The notes under the pieces were generated by a model. That model made no database searches. It worked only from the letters and a program-made list of their open reading frames with translations, and was not told the origin of the DNA. A stretch of 64,000 nucleotides of DNA. Origin: an uncultured Spirochaetota bacterium (GTDB lineage: Bacteria; Spirochaetota; Spirochaetia; SZUA-6; CAVTHK01). The position numbers and the translations under genes were made by a program. Positions 29,641-40,481 of the stretch are shown in pieces; the stretch's first letter is position 1; every line of letters starts with the position of its first letter. The DNA lies in assembly GCA_963734495.1 (NCBI GenBank), contig CAVTHK010000009.1:64001-128000 (forward strand), given 5' to 3'.

Positions 29641-30684
29641 GTGACGGAGTTCCGGGTAGAGCGGATCTCCTCGCGGGAGCTGGACGAGTCCGGCGGGCTC
29701 TTCCAGGGCGGCTACTGGGCCGCGTTCAAGGAGCGATTCGGGTGGCGCGCCCACCCGCTCCTCCTCGCGTTCCCCGACAACTCGCAGCCGCTCCTGGTCC
29801 TCAGCCGCAGGATCGCCCCCGGCCTCACGCTCGCCTACGTGCCGTATGGCCCCTCGGGCGGCGAGCCCGACATCGGCCGCGAGGAGCTGCTCGCGGGCAT
29901 CGCGCGCGGCGTCGCCCCCCACCTGCCGGCCGAGACCGCATTTGTGCGCTTCGACCTGCCCTGGCACCGGGAGGGGCCGGGGGCGCTCCCGACGCCGCTT
30001 GCCTGCAGCCGGCAGCTGCGCAGGAGCTCGGTCGAGGTGCAGCCGGCCAGCACGGTGATGCTCGACCTGCGGCCCGAGGAGCCCGCGCTCCTCGCGGGCA
30101 TGAAGCCGAAGACGCGCTACAACATCGGGCTGGCCGGCCGCCGCGGCGTGCGCGTGGTCGAGGACGAGGGATCGCGGCTGCCCGAGTGGTTCGCCCTCTA
30201 CCGGGAGACCTCGCGGCGCGACCGCATAACGGTGCACTCGCCGGCCTACTACCGCACGCTCTTCGACCTGGCCCGCATCTACGGCCAAGGGGCGCCCGCC
30301 CTCAAGCTCCTGCTCGCCGAGATCAAGGGCGAGGTCGTCGCCGGAATCATCCTCGCGATGCACCACGGCGAGGCGACCTACCTCTACGGCGCCTCCGCCG
30401 ACCGCCACAGGGCCGCGATGCCGAACTACGCCCTCCAGTGGCACGCGATCCAGCTCGCCCGCACGAACCGCTGCGAGACCTACGATTTCTTCGGCATTCC
30501 GCCCTCCGCCGACCCCGGACACCCCATGGCGGGCCTGTTCCAGTTCAAGACCGGCTTCGGCGGCAGGGTCCTCAACCGCTACGGCTGCTACGACGCGCTG
30601 CTGCGGCCCGCGGTGTACGCGGCTTACAGCGGCGCCGAGAGGCTGCGCGCCTTCTACTACAAGCGCCTGCGAAAGGTGCGGTGA
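29641..30684 (+). CDS. FemAB/FemX family peptidoglycan bridge aminoacyltransferase
   Basis: MKPKTRYNI, YLYGAS, MPNYALQW, YDFFGIP, GLFQFKTGFGG. Confidence 0.92.
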   Translation: MTEFRVERISSRELDESGGLFQGGYWAAFKERFGWRAHPLLLAFPDNSQPLLVLSRRIAPGLTLAYVPYGPSGGEPDIGREELLAGIARGVAPHLPAETAFVRFDLPWHREGPGALPTPLACSRQLRRSSVEVQPASTVMLDLRPEEPALLAGMKPKTRYNIGLAGRRGVRVVEDEGSRLPEWFALYRETSRRDRITVHSPAYYRTLFDLARIYGQGAPALKLLLAEIKGEVVAGIILAMHHGEATYLYGASADRHRAAMPNYALQWHAIQLARTNRCETYDFFGIPPSADPGHPMAGLFQFKTGFGGRVLNRYGCYDALLRPAVYAAYSGAERLRAFYYKRLRKVR

Positions 30685-30781
30685 ACCCGGCGCGGCCGCA
30701 CACGGCGTCCGGCTGCGGAAGCGTGTACGCCGCGGCGCCCCGTGCTTGAGCCGGCCCGGCGTGCTCGTGTACGCTAAGTGC

Positions 30782-31024
30782 ATGGCCGTCAAAACCATAA
30801 CTATAGATATGGAAGCCTACGAGATGCTGGCCGAGCGGAAGCGGCCCGGCGAGTCTTTCAGCGGCGTGATCAAGCGGATAGCCTCGGACGAGCGGTACTC
30901 CGCTCACAATCTTCTGGCCCACCTGGGCGAAGTGGTGCTCTCGGCCGAAGCGCTCGATGCGGTCGAGGCCGTGGTCCGCGAGCGCGAAAAGGACTATCCG
31001 GCAGACGTTGCGATCGGAGAGTGA
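30782..31024 (+). CDS. Antitoxin, VapB-like (archaeal-type RHH family)
   Basis: MAVKTITIDMEAYEMLAERKRPGESFSGVIKR, directly upstream of a PIN-domain start. Confidence 0.85.
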   Translation: MAVKTITIDMEAYEMLAERKRPGESFSGVIKRIASDERYSAHNLLAHLGEVVLSAEALDAVEAVVREREKDYPADVAIGE

Positions 31025-31025
31025 G

Positions 31026-31172
31026 GTGCTTCTCGACACGAGCTTCGTCGTCGACCTGATGCGCGAAATCAACACGGGGGTGCCGGGGCCCGCCACGGGG
31101 AAGATAAGGTCCCTGGGCTCTGCGCGCCTGCGTCTGCCGCTATTCGTCTTGTGCGAGCTCCAGGCAGGAATC
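31026..31172 (+). pseudogene. vapC: Truncated VapC/PIN toxin (N-terminal ~49 aa only)
   Basis: VLLDTSFVVDLMRE...LFVLCELQAG, then PIN similarity stops abruptly; later acidic catalytic residues are missing. Confidence 0.75.
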
Positions 31173-31402
31173 GCTGCTTCATCCCCTATCGCTCGCTGGT
31201 GGCGCGCGACGCGGACAACCTTCTCGCCGCCGGTCGGTGCATCAGCGGCAGCAAAGAAGCTGCGGCCGCGTACCGGGTCATGGCCACGTCCATGGCCATG
31301 GGGCAGGCAGCCGGGATCGCGGCGTCGCTCAGTGTGAAGCGGGATGTGGCGGCCAGGGATCTCGACCGCAGCATCCTGCTGCCGGACACTCGAGGAGCGG
31401 AC
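31173..31402 (+). pseudogene. 3' remnant of an FAD-dependent oxidoreductase gene
   Basis: IPYRSLV...NLLAAGRCISGSKEAAAAYRVMATSMAMGQAAG matches the C-termini of neighbouring paralogs; no N-terminus. Confidence 0.75.
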
Positions 31403-32770
31403 ATGAGCACGGGTAGCAGGGACAGGTCGGCCACGGACCCATACGACGTCGTCGTGGCAGGGGGCGGAACCGCGGGCTGGGCCGCGGCCCTTGCGGCTGC
31501 ACGCTGCGGTCGTTCGGTGCTGCTGGTCGAACGCAAGGGCTACCTCGGCGGCACGCTCGCGAGCGGTCTCCCGATCCATGGCTTTTTCAACGCGAGCCAT
31601 AAGCAAGTCGTGGCTGGTACCGCTCAGGAGCTCGTCGAGCGACTGCGCGGCGGCGACGGCGCGAGCGGCTTTGTGCACACAGATCTCTGGTTCGCCAAGT
31701 ACGTGGTCACCAATCCGACGGCGGTCAAGGCCGCCATCTTTGACATGCTCGAAGAGGCGGGGGTCGACATCCTGCTGTACGCGCAGGTCGTGGACGTCCG
31801 CCGCGACCGCGACGCTGTGGCCGAAGTCGTCGTGCAGAAGAAGAGCGAGCGCGGCGTCGCGCTCGCGAGAACGTTCGTGGACTCCACCGGCGACGCGACG
31901 CTGTGTGAGCTGGCCGGGGTGCCGATGCTGACCATCGACAGCCTTCAACCACCGTCGCTCGTGTTCCGCATCGAGAATGTCGACGTGCCGCAGTTACGCA
32001 AATACGTGGTCGAGCACCCTGAGGTCTACATGCAGGGGCGCATGCTCCCGGGGCGCGCGATCACGAGGGAGTTCCTGGAGACGACGCGGTTCTTCTACGT
32101 ATTCCAGGACCTCATCGGCCAGGTTCCGTTCAAGGGCGACTACAGCCCGTTCATCAACCGCTTCATGTTCACGACCACACCGGACGAGCGGGGCGTCGTG
32201 GTCAACATGCTGCGAGCGCACCAGGTCGACGGCCGGCAGTCCGAGAGCCTCACGAGGGCCACGATCGACCTGTACCGCAACCTCGTGCCGCTGGTGGAAT
32301 TCTTCCGAAAGCGGCTGCCGGGCTTTGCGCGCTGCACCCTGTGCGACGGCGAGCCGGAGCTGCAGCTGCGCGAGACTCGACGCATCGCCGGCGACTACAC
32401 GCTGCGCGCCGAGGACGTCATAGGCGGCCGGTTTCACGACGACACGATTGCGGTCGGCGGATACTTTATCGATATCCACAACCCCAACGATTCCTCCGGA
32501 ACGTGGAAGCTGCTGGAAAAGCCGTACGGCATCCCCTACCGGTGCCTGATCCCGCAGGGGCTTTCCAATGTCCTCGCGGCGGGGCGCTGCATCGCGGGCG
32601 AGAAGGAAGCGGCGGCCTCCTACCGTGTCATGGCGACCTGCATGGCGATGGGGCAGGCGGCGGGCACCGCCGCGGCGCTGGCTGCCGCAAGGGGCGGCGC
32701 GGTGCGCGAGGTGCCGCTCGCCGAGCTGCGCGGCCGGCTGGCGCGCGACGGCGCCATCCTGCAGGCCTGA
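31403..32770 (+). CDS. FAD-dependent oxidoreductase (FAD_oxidored type), paralog 1
   Basis: DVVVAGGGTAG, DSTGDA, RETRRI.G.Y.L, IDIHNP, IPYRCL, AGRCI, GQAAG. GAGGAG RBS. Confidence 0.9.
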   Translation: MSTGSRDRSATDPYDVVVAGGGTAGWAAALAAARCGRSVLLVERKGYLGGTLASGLPIHGFFNASHKQVVAGTAQELVERLRGGDGASGFVHTDLWFAKYVVTNPTAVKAAIFDMLEEAGVDILLYAQVVDVRRDRDAVAEVVVQKKSERGVALARTFVDSTGDATLCELAGVPMLTIDSLQPPSLVFRIENVDVPQLRKYVVEHPEVYMQGRMLPGRAITREFLETTRFFYVFQDLIGQVPFKGDYSPFINRFMFTTTPDERGVVVNMLRAHQVDGRQSESLTRATIDLYRNLVPLVEFFRKRLPGFARCTLCDGEPELQLRETRRIAGDYTLRAEDVIGGRFHDDTIAVGGYFIDIHNPNDSSGTWKLLEKPYGIPYRCLIPQGLSNVLAAGRCIAGEKEAAASYRVMATCMAMGQAAGTAAALAAARGGAVREVPLAELRGRLARDGAILQA

Positions 32771-32810
32771 CCGCGCGCGCGTTTCGTCGCCCGGCCCCGC
32801 GGAGGATCAC

Positions 32811-32978
32811 GTGAAGATCGTCATGACCTCGAGCGATTTCTCCGACGACTACCTCGAGATGTGCGCACAGCTCAGGCTATACGGGCTGGACACCATCCGC
32901 GATCACTTGATCCCCGGGGGCGTGGGGTATCTCAAGGGTATGCTCAAGGCTCTGGAGACCCGCGCGGACTCAGTCTGA
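32811..32978 (+). pseudogene. 55-aa ORF, possible internally deleted mannonate dehydratase (UxuA-like) relic
   Basis: GGAGG RBS + GTG. MKIVMTSSDFSDDYLEMCAQL...GVGYLKGMLKALE resembles the N- and C-termini of UxuA-type proteins (recognised by eye only). Confidence 0.4.
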
Positions 32979-32990
32979 AAGGAGCAGCAA

Positions 32991-34316
32991 ATGAGCGCAA
33001 CCCACAGCCCGCGGACCGCGCGGAGTGACGGTTTCGTCGCCTCCATCCTGAAGGGGGTGGAGATCCCCCGCGTAGTGCTCATCCGGCAGAACCTGGAAGG
33101 CCACGCGCTCGCGGACGTCGGCGCGGCCCTGCGGGGCGAGCTGCGCGCGCCGGGAACGCTCGACGCGGTCAAGCCGGGCATGCGGATCGCGATCACTGGG
33201 GGCAGCCGGGGCATCGACGCGTACCCGCTCCTGATGAAGGGTCTCGTCGACGAGCTCAGGCGGGTCGCGGCGCGGCCCTTTATCGTGCCCGCGATGGGCA
33301 GCCACGGCGGCGCCACGGCGCAGGGGCAGATCGAAGTCCTGGCGACCCTCGGGATCACCGAAGCGTCGATGGGCTGCCCGATCCTGTCGTCCATGGACGC
33401 CGTGCACATCGGCTCGACCGCCGCGGGGCTCCCGGTCTTCATGGACCGCCATGCCTGGGAGGCCGACGGCATCGTCCTGCTCAACCGGGTCAAGGCGCAC
33501 ACCGGCTTTGTCGGCGCCTGCGAAAGCGGCCTGGTCAAGATGATCGTCATCGGCCTCGGCAAGCAGAAGGGAGCGGAGTTCTGCCACTCCCAGGGCCTCG
33601 ACCGCATGCCCGCCAACATCCTGGCCATGGCGCAGGTTTCGCTCGCGACGGGGAAGATCCTGTTCGGTGTCGCCACCGTGGAAACGGCGCGCGACCGAGT
33701 CGCGGCCGTGCGGGCACTGCCTGCGCAGCGCATCGTCGCTGAGGAACCCGACCTCCTGCGCACAGCCAAGGCGAATATGCCCTCGCTGCCGGTGGCAGAG
33801 ACCGACGTGCTCGTCGTCGACGAGATCGGCAAGAACGTCTCCGGCGGAGGCATGGACCCGCACGTCATCGGGCGCTTCCCGAATCCCGCGATGGAAGGCG
33901 GCATCCGCTCGCAGCGTTTTGTCGTGCTCGGCATCACCACCGAGTCGGGCGGAAGCGGCATCGGCCTCGGCCGCGCCGATTTCACGACGCAGCGCGCCTT
34001 TGACTCCTTTGACTTTGAGCAGACCTACCCGAACGCCCTGACCTCGCGCGTGCTCGCCCCGAGCCGTATCCCGATCGTGCTGGCCAGCGACCGGCTCGCC
34101 ATCGCGGCCGCGATCAAGACGTGCATCGCCGTCGAGCCGGCGCAGACCAGGTTCGTTCGCGTCAAGAACTCCCTCGACGTCGAGTGCGTCTACGTGAGCG
34201 AGAACCTTCTCGAGGAGGCGCTCGCTTCCGGCCGCGCCACCGCCCTGGGAGGAGCCGCGCCGATCGCGTTCGACGAGCGCGGCAACATCGGCCCCTTTGC
34301 GCCGAGCCGTCGGTAA
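32991..34316 (+). CDS. Lactate racemase (LarA) domain-like protein (DUF2088/DUF362 type)
   Basis: IAITGGSRGI, PAMGSHGGAT, NRVKAHT, ESGLVKM..IGLGK, GKNVSG.GMD. Confidence 0.85.
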   Translation: MSATHSPRTARSDGFVASILKGVEIPRVVLIRQNLEGHALADVGAALRGELRAPGTLDAVKPGMRIAITGGSRGIDAYPLLMKGLVDELRRVAARPFIVPAMGSHGGATAQGQIEVLATLGITEASMGCPILSSMDAVHIGSTAAGLPVFMDRHAWEADGIVLLNRVKAHTGFVGACESGLVKMIVIGLGKQKGAEFCHSQGLDRMPANILAMAQVSLATGKILFGVATVETARDRVAAVRALPAQRIVAEEPDLLRTAKANMPSLPVAETDVLVVDEIGKNVSGGGMDPHVIGRFPNPAMEGGIRSQRFVVLGITTESGGSGIGLGRADFTTQRAFDSFDFEQTYPNALTSRVLAPSRIPIVLASDRLAIAAAIKTCIAVEPAQTRFVRVKNSLDVECVYVSENLLEEALASGRATALGGAAPIAFDERGNIGPFAPSRR

Positions 34317-34363
34317 AGGAGCCTGCAGCGCTGCCCTCATGGGCGCGCCGCGCGTCGCCCGCC

Positions 34364-35687
34364 TTACCCGAACAGAGCGGCCCCCGCCCGAGCGAGCGCA
34401 TCCTGCACCAGCGGAGCACGAAGCTGCCGCGGGGGGACTCCCTCCGCGGCGGCCAGCGCCGCGGCCGTGCCCGCCGCCTGCCCGATCGCCAGGCATATGC
34501 CCATGACCCGGTACGAGGCATGGGCGCGATGGGTGCCGGAAATGCAGCGCCCGGCGGTCAGCAGGTTGTCCAGTCCCGCCGGGAAGCAGGCACCGGTACG
34601 GGATATCGTAGCTCGGCGGCGACGCGGCCTGCCCCTCGGCCTGTCCGCCTCCCGTCGGGTTGTGGATGTCGATGAGGAACCAGGCGTTGTGCACGACCAC
34701 GTCCGCGAACTTCGCACCTGTTTCCACGTCGCGATCGCTCAGCACGTAGTCGCCGATGACCCGCCGCGTTTCGCGTACCCCCAGGGTCGAAGCCGAGCTC
34801 CTCACGCGGCAGGCCTCGTAGCCCGGCACCTGTTTCCGCAGAAACGCGACGACCATCTCGATCTGCGCGCGCAGCTCGACTTCGGCGCTCGCGATGCCGG
34901 CAAGCGTGAGCGTGTCGAATCCGTTCGCTTGTGTCGCGTTCACGTTCCTCTCACCTGCGTGAAAGGTTTTGTGCAGCCGGACGATCGTGACGTTCTCAGG
35001 CAGCTCGCCCCGCTCGCTCGCATGCCTGCACACTTCGGCGTACCCCCGGCCGTCGGCCAGGGTCACGTCGTCCGCTTCGCCGAAGCAAAAGATGGCGCGG
35101 CTCTCGTCCACGCCGGTCAGGGTGAACTCCAGGGTCGTGGGCTGAACGCGCCGGTCCGGTTCCCTGCCGACCTCGCAGCGTGCGCCTGACAGGTAGGAGA
35201 CCGACCCGTCTCCAGTCGCATCGATCACCGTCCGCCCAAGGAACGCCTGCGGCCCCGTCGGCGTGGCAACCACGACTCCTTTGACTGCGTTGCCCTCCTT
35301 GATGACATCGATGGCAGGCGCCTGCAGGTAGAACTGCACGCCGCTGCCGGCCACGAGCCTCGTGAGGATCCCCTTTGCTTCGTCAGGGTCGACATGCCCT
35401 TCTCGCCCGTTGCCTGTGACGAGCTCCTCGTCGCCGGGGTGGCCGCCTGCCAGGAGCCCCAGCATCTCGTCGGAGAAGGTCCGACGGGCCACCGTGCCCA
35501 GGATGGGGCTGATGTTGCCCAGCGTCAGGTTCCCGCCGAGGGCTCCGTACCTCTCGAGCAGCAGCGTCCTGGCACCTGCCCGGGCCGCGCTGACAGCTGC
35601 GGCGATGCCTGCCGGCCCGCCACCGACCACCACGACATCGTGCCGCCCGGCGATGTCGACCTGTCTGGCGTAGGTGAGGGTGTCCAT
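34364..35687 (-). CDS. FAD-dependent oxidoreductase, paralog 2 (frameshift near 34580)
   Basis: DVVVVGGGPAG, DATGDG, RETRRV, IDIHNP, IPYRCL; C-terminus AGRCISGTH..GQAAG in another frame. Confidence 0.88.
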
Positions 35688-35907
35688 GCGCTTCAGTACC
35701 GCGCGGCAGTGGTGGATTGTCAAGCACGCGGTGTCCCACGTTGTGCGCCGACGGGTTCATAGCCCGTCGTTGACCGACGCGGGGGGACGGCTTAGAATCG
35801 GGACCTCCGGTGCGGGTCAAGGCGGCGATGAGGGCAGGGTCCTTGCACGGCCGCACAGAGCCTGTCAGGCCGGAAAATCACGAAGCGCACGACGGACGGG
35901 CGGTGCA

Positions 35908-37285
35908 TTGGAAACGGGAAAGTTGACCCTGGATATCCCGGTCAAGATCGACTGCGACGTGCTGGTCGTCGGCGGCGGTCCGGCGGGAATAGCAGCGGCT
36001 GTGGCCGCGAGCCGGCATGGCGCGAGAACCGTGCTGCTCGAGCAGTACGGCTGTCTCGGCGGCATGGCCACGGTCGGCCTGGTCGGTCCCTTCATGACCT
36101 CCTTTGATACCGAGGGCAAAGAGCAGATCGTCAAGGGCATCTTCATGGAGTTGGTGCGTCGGATGATCGCCGAGGGGGGCGCCATCGACCCCGCCGACGT
36201 TCCGCCGGGGACCGACTACGTTTCGTTCATCCACGAAGCGCATCAGAACGCGACTCCCTTTGACCCGGAAGTGATGAAGTACGCCGCCATGGAGCTCGTT
36301 CTCGAGGCCGGCGTCGATGTGCGCCTCCACGCCCGCCTGGTCAAGGTTCGCACGAAAGGCAAGCGAATCGATTCCGTCCTGTTCTCGGAAAAGGGGGGAC
36401 TCGCGCTCGGCCGGGCAAAGGTCGTGGTCGACGCCACCGGCGACGGCGATGCCGCGGCTCTGGCAGGCAACCCGTTTGAGAAAGGCCGCAAGGGCGACGG
36501 CAGGCTCCAGCCGGCTTCGCTGTTCCTGCGGATCGCCGGCGTCGACGACGCGAAGGTGGCCGCCTGGGCCAGGGCCAACATGGGGCCGGGGAAGCGCCTC
36601 TTCGAGGCCCTCGTCGCGCAGGCGAGGAGGGACGGCAAGTTTCCGAAGAACTGCCCGCGCGAAGCGGTCGGCCTCTACCGCCAGCCGCGCAGTGGCGAGT
36701 GGCGGGTCAACACCTCTCGCATCCTCGACGTCGACGGCTCCGACCCTGACAGTCTCACGAAGGCCGAGATCGAGGGACGCCGCCAGGCCCGCGACCTGGT
36801 GCGTTTCTTCAACCAGTACTGCCCCGGCCTGGAAAAGGCGTACCTGGTCGACACGGGCGCGCAGGTCGGCATCCGCGAGACCCGCAGGATCGAGGGCCTG
36901 TACACGCTCACAAGGGACGACGTGGAGAACGCCCATCGCTTTGACGATGCCATCGCGCGCTATTCCTTCTTCATGGACATACACAATCCCGCGGGTCAAG
37001 GTCAGGAGACCCACCAGGCGCTCTACATCAAAGGCGGGCGCTTCTTCGACATCCCCTATCGCTGCCTGGTCCCGAGCCGCATCATGAACCTGCTGGTCGG
37101 CGGCCGATGCATCTCGGCGGACCACCAGGCCAACGGCGCCATCCGGGTGATGCCGGCCTGTTTCGCGACGGGCCAGGCCGCGGGCACCGCGGCGGCGATG
37201 GCAGCGCAAGGGCGGGCTCGCGCCCGCGGACGTCGACGTAGTGGCGCTGCGCAGCGCCCTGAGCGCCGACGGCTGCGTCGTCTGA
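35908..37285 (+). CDS. FAD-dependent oxidoreductase, paralog 3 (frameshift near the C-terminus)
   Basis: DVLVVGGGPAG, DATGDGD, RETRRI, MDIHNP, IPYRCL, GRCIS, GQAAG. Confidence 0.88.
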
Positions 37286-37343
37286 CGATGAGGTTTGTCG
37301 GCGACCCGTAGGGCCGCCGCGAATGCACAAGAGGAGGATCAGC

Positions 37344-38675
37344 ATGAAGGTCACACGCGTCCTGTTCGCCTCTGCTCACGGGGCTCGCGCTCGCGAGCGC
37401 TGCGCAGGTCTTTGCCGCGGGCGGGAACGGAAGGAGCCGCACCGGCCAACAAGGCGGAGCCGGTGGTCCTGGAGGTCATCAGCCACGCGGTCCACAAGTC
37501 GGTGGCCACGACGGGCCGGGCGGCGACATCGTCGCGGACATCGTCAAGAAAGGCGGCCTGGTCAAGGGCGTCAACTGGAACACGCTCGAGATCGGTCCCC
37601 TGCACGATCGCCTCTTCCGCGAGGCCTCTCTGCCCGCCACCGACGTGGCGGTCGCGTACCTCCTGAACACCTACGCCCTGCCGCGCGTGGCGAACCTCCT
37701 GGAGCCGCTGGACGAGTACATGAAGAGGGCGCCGATCGAAGGGTTCAAGGAGAACTTCGGCGCCGGGATGCTCAACACGCTCACTTTCAACGGCAAGCTC
37801 TACGGCATCCCCATGCGCGCCGCTTCGCACTCCTTTGGCTACAACGCGGACATCTTCAAGGAGCGCGGGGTCGCCGCCCCGCCGAAGACCCCGGAGGAGT
37901 TCTACGAGATCGCCAAGAAGTGCACCTTCAAGACGACCCGACGGGACGCAGGTCTACGGGTACATCGAGCAGTCGCACTACTACTACACTGGAGTGACCA
38001 GCGCCGCCCGCATGTGGGACGGCGACTTTATCACGCAGGACTTCAAGGTGGTCTGCAACGAGAAGCCGATGGTCAACGCGATCACGATGCTGGCCAGGTT
38101 CTACAAGGAAGGCATCCTTCCCGCAGAACCTCCCCTCGACCCAGCACGCCGAGAAGCAGCGCATGATGGAGCAGGGCACCGTCGCCATGACTTTCGACGT
38201 CGTGGGCAAGATCTGGAGCTGGAGGAAGAACGCGGTCTACAAGAACATCGAGGTGACGCTTTCGCCGATGACCCCCGAAGTGCGGGCAAAGTACGGCGAG
38301 TACCCGCCGGTGAACACCGAGTTCTGGTCGTTCGCGATCCCGAAGAACTCGAAGTACAAGCAGCAGGGCTGGGAGCTCGATCCGCGAGCTGTCGAGCGCC
38401 GACGGCGCGCTCCGCATGGCCATGAACGGCAATGGCCCGACGCGCGAGTCGGTGTTCAAGGACCCGAAGTACGCACAGCTGATCCCCTACGCCGACGTGG
38501 CCATGAAGATCTCGCGCAACGCCAGGGTCCCGATCCGGGCGTTCGACAAGGCGCCTCAGGCGATGGAGCTCATCGACTCCTACATCGAGAAAGGCTCTTC
38601 GGGCAGATGACGCCGCAGGCGGCCATGGATGAGCTGGCCAAGAAGCTCAAGGAGCTCAGCACCGAGCTCAAGTAG
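37344..38675 (+). CDS. Carbohydrate ABC transporter substrate-binding protein (multiple frameshifts)
   Basis: GAGGAGG RBS, signal peptide, LEPLDEY, GKLYGIP, YNADIFK, PPKT.EE, W.FAIPKNSK, TPQAAMD across frames. Confidence 0.82.
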
Positions 38676-38749
38676 CAGACGGCGGGTCCCGTCGGCCCGG
38701 GCGCAGGCGCCGGGGGACGGGCCTCTCGCTCCGCGGTCGAGGTGACTCC

Positions 38750-39639
38750 GTGACCTCCAGAGCGGTTTCTCACCTACGTCTTCCCGATCCTCATGCTGCT
38801 GCCGGCCCTGCTGCTGCTGGTGCTCTTTATACGTGCTGCCGGCCGTTCGGACCATCAGATGAGCTTCTACCGCGTGACGTTCGGGATGCCGGACGAGTAC
38901 GTCGGATTAGCGAACTACGTGCAGACCTTCAAGGACGAGGTGTTCAAGACCGCGTTCTGGAACACGATGATGTTCTCGTTCGCAGTGGTGGCGGGCGAGG
39001 TCCTCGTCGGACTGGCGGCGGCGGTGCTGATGAGCACCGGGTTCAAGTTCCAACGGCTGATCATCTCGCTCGTCATGGTGCCCTTACGCGGTCAGCGAAG
39101 TCGTGGCCGCGATCATCTGGAAGTACATGCTCGACCCCGACGTCGGCATCGTGAACTATCTGTTTCACTCGCTCGCGGGGCTGCCCCAGATCCAGTGGGC
39201 CTCCAGACCCGCGCAGGCCTGGATCGTGATCATCCTGATGCGCGTCTGGATCAACTTCCCCTTCAGCTTCCTCATCATCTACTCGTCGATCATCGGGATC
39301 GCGCAGGAGCTCTACGAGAGCGTCTACATCGACGGGGCCACCAACTGGCAGGCCTTCCGGGCGATTACGCTCCCCCTGGCGACGCCGTCGATCATGGTGG
39401 CTACGATCTTTGCGTTCGTGTTCGCGTTCCGCAACTTCGCCACGGTCTGGATCATGACGCGCGGCGGCCCGATGCACCGCACCGAGTTGCTTTCGACGCT
39501 GTTGTACAAGCAGGGCTTCACGTTCTGGGAGTTCGGGATGGCGTCCGCGATCGCGGTCGTTATGACCGTTCTCACATTCGTGATCGCCTCCTACTATCTG
39601 CGCGACATGTACAAGCAAATGTTCCTGAAGAGCCGGTAG
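38750..39639 (+). CDS. Carbohydrate ABC transporter permease (frameshifted)
   Basis: VGLANY, ELYESVYIDGA (EAA loop), MTRGGP, GMASAI. Confidence 0.85.
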
Positions 39640-39648
39640 GGAGGGGCC

Positions 39649-40481
39649 ATGTTCCAGAAGACGGCGTTCTTCAGGTTCTGCGGCGGCTCGGGCTCGTCGT
39701 GCTGCTTCTGTGGGCCTGCTTCCCGGTGTTCTTGCTGTTCCTGTCGACCTTTAAAGCGCCGATGGAGATCTTCAAGTTCCCGCCGACCTTGCTCTTCAAG
39801 CCGACGCTCGAGAACTTCGTCGACGATGGTCAGGACTGGCCGGTCTTCTTCAGGGCGCTGCGCAACAGCGCCATCGTGGCGTTCGGCGCCTCCGTGTTCA
39901 CCGTGCTGGTTTCCACGCCGGCGGGTTACGCGCTTTCGCGCTACCGCAACCGCGTCCTCGAGGGCTCGGCCTTCTTCATGCTGGCCGTGCGCATGTACCC
40001 GCCGATCGTGCTCACCATACCGCTTTTTCCGGCCCTCTCGGCGGCGGGCCTGATCGACACCTACTGGGCGCTGATCCTGATCTACAGCGCTTTCTACGTC
40101 AGCCTCTCGTCGTGGCTGATGAAGACCTACATGGACGAGGTGCCGGTCGAGCTCGAGGAGGCGGCCGTCATCGACGGGGCCAGCGTCTTCCAGCGCGCCA
40201 TGCACGTCGTGATCCCGCTCTCGCTCCACGGGATCGTGGCGACGGCGATCTTCGTGACGATCTTCGCGTGGAAGGAGTACACGCTGGCCTACATCTTTAC
40301 GGGCACGAAGACCCGCACCGCGCCCCTGGTGCTCGAGGAGATGATCAGCCCGGTCACCGGCGTGAGCTGGGGGCCGCTGTTCGCGGCCTCAACGACGCAG
40401 CTCCTGCCGATCCTCGTCTTTATCTGGATGATCCAGAGCTACCTGGTCAAAGGCCTCAAGACGGGGGCGGTCAAAGGATGA
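39649..40481 (+). CDS. Carbohydrate ABC transporter permease (frameshift near 5' end)
   Basis: PTLENF, AGYALSR, VPVELEEAAVIDGAS (EAA loop). Confidence 0.87.

Noticed and set aside
31151-32770. Single 539-aa circularly permuted oxidoreductase
   Set aside because: The upstream part duplicates the gene's own C-terminal motifs, and a good RBS + ATG lies at 31403; better read as a remnant followed by an intact gene.
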